Shown piece by piece: positions 27,999 to 35,142 of a DNA stretch of 35,142 nt (the stretch's first letter is position 1; each line of letters starts with the position of its first letter). A program made the position numbers and the translations under genes. This stretch comes from Nitrospirota bacterium. GTDB lineage: Bacteria; UBA2233. The notes beneath the pieces were generated by a model. It was given only the letters and a program-made list of their open reading frames with translations. It was not told the DNA's origin and ran no database searches. The stretch covers positions 1-35,142 of the forward strand of contig WOZJ01000016.1 of the NCBI GenBank assembly GCA_011620345.1, read 5' to 3'.

Positions 27999-28801
27999 GT
28001 CTTCCCGACATCCTGGACATCGGCATCGTCGCGTTCTTGATCTATCAGGTTCTCAACATGATCAAGGGGACGAAGGCCGTCCAGATGCTTATGGGGCTCG
28101 TCTTCCTTTTTATTCTATACTACATCTCTCAGATTTTAAGGCTGCCCACGCTCAACTGGGTCTTAGACGATGTCCTTAGGTCGCTTATCCTCATTATAAT
28201 CGTTTTGTTCCAGAACGATATCCGCAAGCTCCTCATGAGCGTCGGGACGAACCCGTTCTTTGGGGAGATGAGCCAAACCGAGGAAAGCAAGGTAATCGAG
28301 GAGGCCGTGGTTGCTTGCCAGATTCTGGCCGCAAGAAGGATCGGGGCGTTAATAGTATTTCAGCGCAACGTTGGGCTTAAAACCTATGTCGATACGGGGA
28401 CCGTCTTGGATGCAAGGCTTTCTAAAGAGCTCTTGCAGGCTATTTTTGTCACCAGTTCCCCTTTGCATGACGGGGCGCTGATTGTCCAGCATGGCCGTGC
28501 CAAGTCTGCCGGATGCCTTCTTCCGCTGAGCATGAACCCCTTGCTTAGCAGGACACTTGGAACGAGGCACCGTGCTGGCCTTGGCGTTACCGAGGAGACA
28601 GATGCCGTCGTCCTCGTTGTCAGCGAGGAGCGTGGGTCTGTCTCGTTGGCCGTGGACGGGCAGCTTTACTTGGACCTCGAGCCCATCGAAATCCAGGATC
28701 GCCTTAGGGGGCTGCTCGAGGTTTCGAGTACAAGAGCGCGCTACATCGAATGGATCGTTAGGAATTTGAAGGCATGGAAGCAGGCTTTTTCCGTCCCCTA
28801 A
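27986..28801 (+). CDS. cdaA: Membrane diadenylate cyclase (c-di-AMP synthase)
   Basis: Three N-terminal TM helices from ATG 27986; DisA_N motifs LHDGA and GTRHRA, VVSEERG. Confidence 0.95.
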   Translation: MFGLSLPDILDIGIVAFLIYQVLNMIKGTKAVQMLMGLVFLFILYYISQILRLPTLNWVLDDVLRSLILIIIVLFQNDIRKLLMSVGTNPFFGEMSQTEESKVIEEAVVACQILAARRIGALIVFQRNVGLKTYVDTGTVLDARLSKELLQAIFVTSSPLHDGALIVQHGRAKSAGCLLPLSMNPLLSRTLGTRHRAGLGVTEETDAVVLVVSEERGSVSLAVDGQLYLDLEPIEIQDRLRGLLEVSSTRARYIEWIVRNLKAWKQAFSVP

Positions 28802-29475
28802 GGGGAAAGGCGGCCCTCAAGATCTTGTCGCTCGTGCTCGCGTTTGCCCTTTGGCTTTTCGTGACGGGCGAGAAGGAGGATGAGGTAATCCTTCATGTTC
28901 CCATCAAAATCTTGAACATGCCCCAGCATCTTGCGATGCTGGATGAACCGCCAAAGGCCGTTCAGGTTCGCTTTGCAGGGTCTCGCTCGTTCTTCCCCTT
29001 CCTGTTTCGAGAAGACCTCCAGATCAAGGTGGATGGGTCGAGCCTGAAACCCGGAAAGAACACGCTCGATTTGCGCTACGCGGACATCAACCTCTCGAGG
29101 GGAATTGCCGTGAAGGCGATTGACCCGGAGAAGGTTACGGTGGTGCTCGATGAGCGCATCGAGCGGAGCGTTCGGGTAGTTCCCGAGCTGGGTGGTCTTC
29201 CAAGAGGCTCTTCTTTGAAGGTTGTCGATATTTCCCCGCCCATCGTGCGGTTGTCCGGGCCCAAAAGTTTGGTAGGAAAAGTATCGATTGTTCACACGCA
29301 GCCTATCGAGCCGGCGATGAGCGAGACTGCAGGAGAGGTTGTTATCAAGGCTTTCCCGCTGGATACGGACCGGCTTCCCCCGGGTGTTGCCGTGACGCCT
29401 GAGGGTGTGACGGTTCGGCTGATCTACGGGGAGCCCACGCGGAACGATGGGGAACCTGCCCCTAAGACCTCCTAG
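28774..29475 (+). CDS. cdaR: CdaR/YbbR-like regulator of the diadenylate cyclase
   Basis: KILSLVLAFALWLFV anchor followed by YbbR-like repeats; canonical position between cdaA and glmM. Confidence 0.85.
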   Translation: MEAGFFRPLRGKAALKILSLVLAFALWLFVTGEKEDEVILHVPIKILNMPQHLAMLDEPPKAVQVRFAGSRSFFPFLFREDLQIKVDGSSLKPGKNTLDLRYADINLSRGIAVKAIDPEKVTVVLDERIERSVRVVPELGGLPRGSSLKVVDISPPIVRLSGPKSLVGKVSIVHTQPIEPAMSETAGEVVIKAFPLDTDRLPPGVAVTPEGVTVRLIYGEPTRNDGEPAPKTS

Positions 29476-29517
29476 GCTTGCTCGCTCGAGAAAACCCTAA
29501 ACCGGCCATTTTCTACC

Positions 29518-29546
29518 TTTACCCACTCCCATGGAACGGCTATAAT
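29518..29546 (+). promoter_or_regulatory. Putative sigma70 promoter upstream of glmM
   Basis: TTTACC (29518-29523), 17-bp spacer, perfect TATAAT (29541-29546), in a 144-nt intergenic gap. Confidence 0.65.
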
Positions 29547-29619
29547 GCCTTCGATGGCTTCAGAAGCCGCCTACGTTAGCTAATCTGCGTCACGTGTTTG
29601 AATTTAAGGGGTCGGTACG

Positions 29620-31020
29620 ATGGGAAAGCTCTTTGGGACGGACGGGATAAGGGGTGTCGCCAACAAGGAGCTACTGGTGCCCGAAACCGTCGTACGCGTT
29701 GGGAAAGCGATCGGGATCTCGCTCAAGAAGGGGCAGGCCAGGCACGGCAAGGTCCTCATCGGCAAGGACACCCGGCTATCGGGGTATCTTATCGAGACGG
29801 CCATCTGTTCCGGGCTTTGCGCTGTCGGAGTGGATCCTTACCTCGTAGGGCCTCTTCCTACGCCGGGTATCGCCTTTTTGACTTCAAACATGCGCGCCGC
29901 TTACGGGGTCGTGATTTCGGCCTCGCATAACCCTTACTACGATAACGGCATCAAGTTTTTCGATGCAGACGGATTCAAGCTCTCGGACAGCAACGAGGCG
30001 GCCATCGAAGAGCTCGTGTTCGCCCCTCCGCCAGGGTACGATGTTTCCCACGGGGATATCGGCAAGGCATTTCGCATTGACGACGCCGTAGGCCGCTACG
30101 TCGTCCACTTGAAGTACGCCTTCCCCAAACACATGGACCTCGAAGGAGTACGGATTGTGCTCGATTGCGCCAACGGCGCTGCCTACAAGGTGGCGCCTTG
30201 GGTGTTCGAAGAGCTGGGCGCCGAGGTGATTGTCATGAACGACGAGCCCGACGGGACGAACATTAATGAACGATGCGGCGCAATCCATCCTGAAGCCATG
30301 GCAAAAAAGGTCGTAGAGGTCAACGCCCACTTGGGCCTCGCGCTCGATGGCGATGCCGACAGGGCCATCTTGGCCGACGAAAAAGGGGAGATTGTCCACG
30401 GCGATCAAGTGCTCGCCATGTGTGCGACCGCTTGGGCAAAGGAAGGCAGGCTCAAGCGCAACCTTGTCGTTGCTACCGTAATGAGTACGATGGCGCTAGA
30501 CAGGTTTTTGGCCGAACGGGGCATCGGGCTTCTAAGGACGCAGGTGGGCGACCGTTATGTTGTCGAAGCGATGCGCCGTGAAGGGGCCAACATAGGAGGC
30601 GAATCATCGGGCCATTTCGTGTTCTCCGATCACTCGACCTCAGGGGACGGCATCTTGACGGCGCTGATGGTCCTCGAATTGATGCTAAAGGCAAACCGTC
30701 CGCTCTCCGAACTCGAGCGGATCCTCGAGCCTTCACCTCAGGTCTTGCTGAACGTCGAGACCAACGGCCATACGGCGGAGCTTCTTTCGGGCGAAACGTT
30801 CCAGGCCAGCATCCGCCGTCTCGAGCAAAAAATAGGGAAGACGGGCCGTGTATTCGTCCGAGCCTCGGGCACGCAGCCGCTCATCCGTATCCTCATCGAA
30901 GGCGAAGACCGGGCGGTTCTAGACGACGTCGGGCAAGAAATTCTCGAAGCGATCCAGGGGTTGAATGGAAACGCAAAGGGAGCGTTTGGAGGCAATGGCC
31001 GAAATGCGCTTGGGAGTTAA
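29620..31020 (+). CDS. glmM: Phosphoglucosamine mutase
   Basis: LFGTDGIRG, GKDTRLSG, VISASHNP, DGDADR, VGDRYV, GGESSGH, RASGTQP. Confidence 0.97.
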   Translation: MGKLFGTDGIRGVANKELLVPETVVRVGKAIGISLKKGQARHGKVLIGKDTRLSGYLIETAICSGLCAVGVDPYLVGPLPTPGIAFLTSNMRAAYGVVISASHNPYYDNGIKFFDADGFKLSDSNEAAIEELVFAPPPGYDVSHGDIGKAFRIDDAVGRYVVHLKYAFPKHMDLEGVRIVLDCANGAAYKVAPWVFEELGAEVIVMNDEPDGTNINERCGAIHPEAMAKKVVEVNAHLGLALDGDADRAILADEKGEIVHGDQVLAMCATAWAKEGRLKRNLVVATVMSTMALDRFLAERGIGLLRTQVGDRYVVEAMRREGANIGGESSGHFVFSDHSTSGDGILTALMVLELMLKANRPLSELERILEPSPQVLLNVETNGHTAELLSGETFQASIRRLEQKIGKTGRVFVRASGTQPLIRILIEGEDRAVLDDVGQEILEAIQGLNGNAKGAFGGNGRNALGS

Positions 31021-31720
31021 CGTAGACCATGCGGCAACGCTAAGGCAAGCGCGCGGAGGGGCGGAGCCGAACCCCGTCCATGCCGCTTTGCAGGCCGAGC
31101 TTGCCGGGGCTACTAGCATCGTCATGCACCTAAGGGAAGACAGGAGGCATATCCAGGACGAGGACGTCCGGCTGGCAAGAAGGCTGCTTCAGGTTTCCTT
31201 GAACCTCGAGATGGCCTTAAACGAGGACATCGTTTCGGTGGCCCTCGAGGTACGCCCGGCACAGGCAACGCTCGTCCCAGAAAAGCGCAAGGAGCTCACG
31301 ACCGAAGGGGGGCTGGAGCTTACCGGGTTGAGCCAAGAGGCGCTCGGCCTTTTGGAGCGGCTCAAGGATGCCGGCATTCGAACCTTTGCGTTCATCGAGC
31401 CCGAGTTGGCCCAAATCCTGCGGGCAAAAGAGCTCGGGCTTACGGGCGTGGAGCTCCATACGGGCCGGTATGCGAACCGTCTTTTTGGTATGGATGCCTG
31501 GCAGGGCGAATGGGCTAGGATAGAGGCTGCCGCGCAAAAGGCCCACGCCTTGGGGCTTGTCGTTGCGGCGGGGCACGGGCTGAACTACCAAAACGTCCGG
31601 CCGATCGTCAAGATTCCTTCCATAGAAGAGCTCAACATAGGCCACAGCATTATTTCAAGGAGCGTTTTCGTCGGTATTTTTCAAGCGACCCTGGACATGC
31701 TCGCGCTGACCCAGCGCTAG
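30995..31720 (+). CDS. pdxJ: Pyridoxine 5'-phosphate synthase
   Basis: LGVNVDHAATLRQAR, HLREDRRHI, NLEMA, LTTEGG, ELHTG, AGHGL, ELNIGHS; start 30995 or 31004. Confidence 0.97.
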   Translation: MAEMRLGVNVDHAATLRQARGGAEPNPVHAALQAELAGATSIVMHLREDRRHIQDEDVRLARRLLQVSLNLEMALNEDIVSVALEVRPAQATLVPEKRKELTTEGGLELTGLSQEALGLLERLKDAGIRTFAFIEPELAQILRAKELGLTGVELHTGRYANRLFGMDAWQGEWARIEAAAQKAHALGLVVAAGHGLNYQNVRPIVKIPSIEELNIGHSIISRSVFVGIFQATLDMLALTQR

Positions 31721-31732
31721 GAGCCTTACACC

Positions 31733-33319
31733 ATGCGGCTTGCGACCAACGAGCTTATGCGTGAGGTAGACAGGATCACGATCGAGGAAGTCGGGATCCC
31801 AGGGGCAGTGCTTATGGAAAACGCGGGTAGGGCGATCGCTGGCGCCATCGAGCGGGAGTTCGGAGGCCGGCTTGCCTCCCGTTCGGCGCTTGTCGTCTCC
31901 GGCAGGGGCAACAACGGGGGCGACGGGAGCGTGATCGCCAGGGTGCTCTTAGACTTGGGCTGGCGCGTTCGATGCCTGTTGCTTTCAAGGCTAGAAGAAT
32001 TAAAGGGCGATGCGGCGCTCCATTTTGGTGTCCTCAAAAGGCTTTATCCGGAGGCCGTCTTGGAAGTGCCCGATCAAGAAGCCCTTGAGCACGCCCTTAA
32101 GGCTAATGAGGCCTCCCATGCCGCGCTCGTCGTGGATGCGATCCTCGGGACCGGCATTCAAAGGCCCGTCGAGGGGCTGACAGAGGCGGCAATCGTCATG
32201 GTGAACGGGCTTGGCGGGCTTGTCGTGAGCGTGGACATAGCCAGCGGAGTGAACGGCTCGACGGGGAAGGTCATGGGCGAGGCCGTTCGTGCAAAGAAGA
32301 CCTACCCGATAGGGCTCATGAAGCTTGGCCAGGCGCTTTATCCGGGTGCCGATTACCAAGGAGAGCTCGAGGTCATCGACATCGGGTTTTCAGAAACGAC
32401 CTACGCTAAGCTCATATTTCCCTATTTTTTGGGTTGTGAACATGCCTTTGTGGGGGCCCTGCCTAAAAGATCGGCGGACAGCCATAAAGGAACCTACGGC
32501 CACGTTCTCGTCGTCGCGGGCTCACGGGGCAAGACGGGTGCGGCGGTGATGGCCGCTACGGCGGCCGCCAGGGTAGGGGCGGGCCTGGTAACGCTCGCGA
32601 TTCCGGCCTCCGAGTACTCCCAGGCCTCGGCAAGGCTCCTGGAGGTCATGCAAGCCCCGCTGGAAGCGAGCGCGCTAGGAGAGTTTGCCGCGACGCAAGC
32701 CAACTTTGGAGCGCTCGAGGCGCTGCTCGAGGGCAAGCAAGCCGTCGTGTTCGGCCCCGGGGTCGGTGTTTCGGAAGATACCAGAAAATTCGCCGAGTTT
32801 CTTTTTCTGCACGCCAGGGCGCCTGTTGTGGTGGATGCCGACGGGCTCAATCTGATTGCCCAAGACCCCGCGCTGCTTCAGGGGAAAAGGCCCCCCATGC
32901 TCGTCCTAACCCCCCACCCGGGGGAGATGGCAAGGCTTACCGGGCAAAGCACAAAGGCCGTCCAAAATGACAGGGTCGGGACCGCCAATGCCTACGCGGG
33001 CCGCCACGGCGTATTTGTTGTCCTTAAAGGAGCGAGGACAATTACCGTCTGCCCCGAAGGGCCAGTTTGGGTGAATACATCTGGTTGTCCCGCGATGGCC
33101 TCGGGCGGCATGGGAGACGTCCTTTCTGGGATGCTGGGCGGGCTTTTAGCCCAGGGGCTTTCTCCTTACGAAGCCATCCCGTTCGGGGTGTTTGCCCACG
33201 GGGCCGCGGGCGAGCGGATGGCCGCCCTTAAGGGAACCTACGGGTTGCTCGCCGGCGACTTGTTAGGAGCGTTGCCCTCCATCTTTGGCGACTACGTAGC
33301 CCAAAATCCCGGCCGTTAA
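31733..33319 (+). CDS. nnr: Bifunctional NAD(P)H-hydrate epimerase/dehydratase
   Basis: LMENAG, GRGNNGGDG, DAILGTG, DIASG (NnrE); HKGTYGH, DADGL, TPHPGE, LKGA, GMGDVL (NnrD). Confidence 0.96.
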   Translation: MRLATNELMREVDRITIEEVGIPGAVLMENAGRAIAGAIEREFGGRLASRSALVVSGRGNNGGDGSVIARVLLDLGWRVRCLLLSRLEELKGDAALHFGVLKRLYPEAVLEVPDQEALEHALKANEASHAALVVDAILGTGIQRPVEGLTEAAIVMVNGLGGLVVSVDIASGVNGSTGKVMGEAVRAKKTYPIGLMKLGQALYPGADYQGELEVIDIGFSETTYAKLIFPYFLGCEHAFVGALPKRSADSHKGTYGHVLVVAGSRGKTGAAVMAATAAARVGAGLVTLAIPASEYSQASARLLEVMQAPLEASALGEFAATQANFGALEALLEGKQAVVFGPGVGVSEDTRKFAEFLFLHARAPVVVDADGLNLIAQDPALLQGKRPPMLVLTPHPGEMARLTGQSTKAVQNDRVGTANAYAGRHGVFVVLKGARTITVCPEGPVWVNTSGCPAMASGGMGDVLSGMLGGLLAQGLSPYEAIPFGVFAHGAAGERMAALKGTYGLLAGDLLGALPSIFGDYVAQNPGR

Positions 33320-33378
33320 TGAATGGCCTCAACCTTTTTGGGTGGCCAGGTGGCGGCAAAAGGCGAACCAAGTAGCCC

Positions 33379-33825
33379 GTGATGGTCGAGCACTATGCGT
33401 TGCTCTCCAGCGCCGAGACGCTCGCGTTTGCCAAGGTATTTGCCCGAAGGCTCGAGCGTTTTCCCGCTTGCGTGTTCTTGGAGGGCCCTCTTGGTGCGGG
33501 CAAGACGCTCTTTACGAGGGGCCTTGTCTTTGGCTTGCTAGGTGCCAAGGCCGCTAGCCAGGTCAAGAGCCCCTCGTTTGTCCTTATCAACGAGTACAAG
33601 GGGAAAGAAGGCCCGCTCGTAGCCCATATCGACTTTTACAGGCTCAAAGGCTGGAAAGAGCTTCTTGATGAAGTGCTCGATTACCTTTCTGCCCCCTGCC
33701 TGATCGTGATCGAATGGCCGAAATCGAGCCAGGGTTTCTTCGTTCCACACGTTCGGCAGGCGTATAATATTTCCATCGAAATCACCGGGCCGAGCGAGCG
33801 CCTGTTTACCGTTGAAGAACTCTAA
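33379..33825 (+). CDS. tsaE: tRNA threonylcarbamoyladenosine biosynthesis ATPase
   Basis: LEGPLGAGKT, VKSPSFVLINEY, HIDFYRL, IEWP. Confidence 0.93.
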   Translation: MMVEHYALLSSAETLAFAKVFARRLERFPACVFLEGPLGAGKTLFTRGLVFGLLGAKAASQVKSPSFVLINEYKGKEGPLVAHIDFYRLKGWKELLDEVLDYLSAPCLIVIEWPKSSQGFFVPHVRQAYNISIEITGPSERLFTVEEL

Positions 33826-33837
33826 GAGGTCAGAGCA

Positions 33838-35058
33838 ATGGCACTCATCGTTCAGAAGTTTGGCGGGACATCGGTTGGGTCTATTGAGCGTATCAAAAAT
33901 GTGGCTAGGCGTGTAGCAAAAGCAAGGGACGCGGGCAACGACGTGGTCGTTGTCGTTTCGGCCATGGCGGGCGAGACGGACAGGCTGCTCAAGCTTGCCA
34001 AGGAGCTTTCCCCCATGCCGGACCCTAGAGAGTTAGACGTCGTGGTCTCCACGGGCGAGCAGGTGAGCGTAGCGCTCCTTTCCATGGCCCTTTTGGATAT
34101 GGGCCGCAAGGCGCGTAGCTTCCTTGGGTTTCAGGTTCCGATGCAAACGGACGAGGCGTTTTCTAAGGCTCGTATCGTCCGGATTCCAAACGGGCCGATC
34201 CATCAGGCGCTGCATGAAGGCGTCATTCCGGTCGTTGCGGGCTTTCAGGGGGTTACAAAAGAGGGGTGGATAACCACGCTCGGCCGGGGCGGTTCGGACA
34301 CGACGGCCGTCGCGCTAGGCTGCGCGATCGCGGCGGACGTGGTCGAGATCTATACCGACGTGGACGGCGTGTACACGACAGACCCCAACATCTGCCCAAA
34401 GGCCAAGAAGCTCGCCAAGGTTTCTTACGAGGAGATGCTGGAGATGGCAAGTCTGGGCGCAAAGGTTCTTCAGACCCGATGTGTCGAGTTCGGCATGAAC
34501 TATGGCATGCCTATCCACGTTCGTTCGAGCTTTAACGACGAGGAGGGAACCTGGATTATGAAAGAAGACGAAAGCATGGAGCGAGAGCACGTTACCGGCA
34601 TTACCTGCGACCGGAAAGAGGCCAAGGTAACGCTCAAGAAGGTCCCAGACAGGCCGGGCATCGCGGCGGCCATTTTAGGGCCTGCCGCCGAACGGGCCAT
34701 CAACGTGGATATGATCGTCCAGAACGTTTCAACCGAAGGATTTACAGATTTTTCGTTCACCGTGAACCGTTCTGACCTTCCCTGTGCCAAGGAGCTCATC
34801 GAGCCCGTGGCCCGTCAGGTTGGGGCGGAAACGGTAGAGACGGCCGACAGCATTGCCAAGGTTTCCATCGTGGGCGTTGGCATGCGCTCGCATGCTGGCA
34901 TTGCCAAAAAGGTGTTCGAGACGCTGGCCAAAGAGGGGATCAACATCCAAATGATCTCGACTTCAGAAATTAAAATCTCTGTCGTGATCGATGACCGCTA
35001 CACGGAGCTCGCCGTCCGCGCGCTCCACGACGCCTTCGAGCTCGATAAGGAACCGTAG
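33838..35058 (+). CDS. lysC: Aspartate kinase
   Basis: [36 protein letters not shown], two ACT domains, STSEIKIS. Confidence 0.98.
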   Translation: MALIVQKFGGTSVGSIERIKNVARRVAKARDAGNDVVVVVSAMAGETDRLLKLAKELSPMPDPRELDVVVSTGEQVSVALLSMALLDMGRKARSFLGFQVPMQTDEAFSKARIVRIPNGPIHQALHEGVIPVVAGFQGVTKEGWITTLGRGGSDTTAVALGCAIAADVVEIYTDVDGVYTTDPNICPKAKKLAKVSYEEMLEMASLGAKVLQTRCVEFGMNYGMPIHVRSSFNDEEGTWIMKEDESMEREHVTGITCDRKEAKVTLKKVPDRPGIAAAILGPAAERAINVDMIVQNVSTEGFTDFSFTVNRSDLPCAKELIEPVARQVGAETVETADSIAKVSIVGVGMRSHAGIAKKVFETLAKEGINIQMISTSEIKISVVIDDRYTELAVRALHDAFELDKEP

Positions 35059-35082
35059 CGTTAAAGGCTACGCACCGTTATG

Positions 35083-35110
35083 ATAGCCGGGACATTCTTG
35101 TCCCGGCTAT
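35083..35110. other. Perfect 12-bp hairpin downstream of lysC
   Basis: ATAGCCGGGACA-TTCT-TGTCCCGGCTAT; no U-tract; directly before the next RBS. Confidence 0.6.
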
Positions 35111-35125
35111 ATATAGAGGAAAACA

Positions 35126-35142
35126 ATGAAAAATCGGGTGGA
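35126..35142 (+). CDS. Start of the next gene (partial, MKNRV...); possibly citramalate synthase by gene order only
   Basis: GAGGA RBS 5 nt before ATG 35126; truncated by the window edge. Confidence 0.45.

Noticed and set aside
28195-28200. TATAAT inside cdaA
   Set aside because: Arises from Ile codons in a TM helix; no gene start nearby
1387-35110. Shared GGACA/TGTCC in the two strong hairpins as a REP family
   Set aside because: Only 5 bp shared with different spacing (18 versus 4 nt); likely chance

Overview
Gene-dense, moderately GC-rich bacterial core-chromosome window. The order ftsH-folP-cdaA-cdaR-glmM-pdxJ-nnr-tsaE-lysC and pyrBC-carAB / alaC-hom-thrC-apgM suggests a Deltaproteobacteria-like lineage (inference); the 100-N gap indicates a draft assembly. 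Left end: two paralogous exported proteins resembling the MamS/MamX-type domain behind a palindrome-rich promoter. They converge on a minus-strand operon (aspartyl protease, yjbQ, nadC, nadA, nadB). From 6198 to the end everything is on the plus strand and tightly packed: pyrimidine, threonine and polyamine synthesis, tRNA-Met, tilS, ftsH, folate, c-di-AMP, glmM, pdxJ, nnr, tsaE and lysC. I saw no mobile elements, CRISPR arrays or defence genes. Most notable: two intact, signal-peptide-bearing phosphoesterase-fold genes that have lost their catalytic or metal-binding residues (a GDPD directly ahead of pyrB and a purple-acid-phosphatase-like gene ahead of speB-pdaD), an unlisted 50-aa ORF, and a repeat-rich lipoprotein spanning the gap. 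I found no clearly novel multi-gene system; the pseudoenzymes and the left-end gene pair are the best leads.
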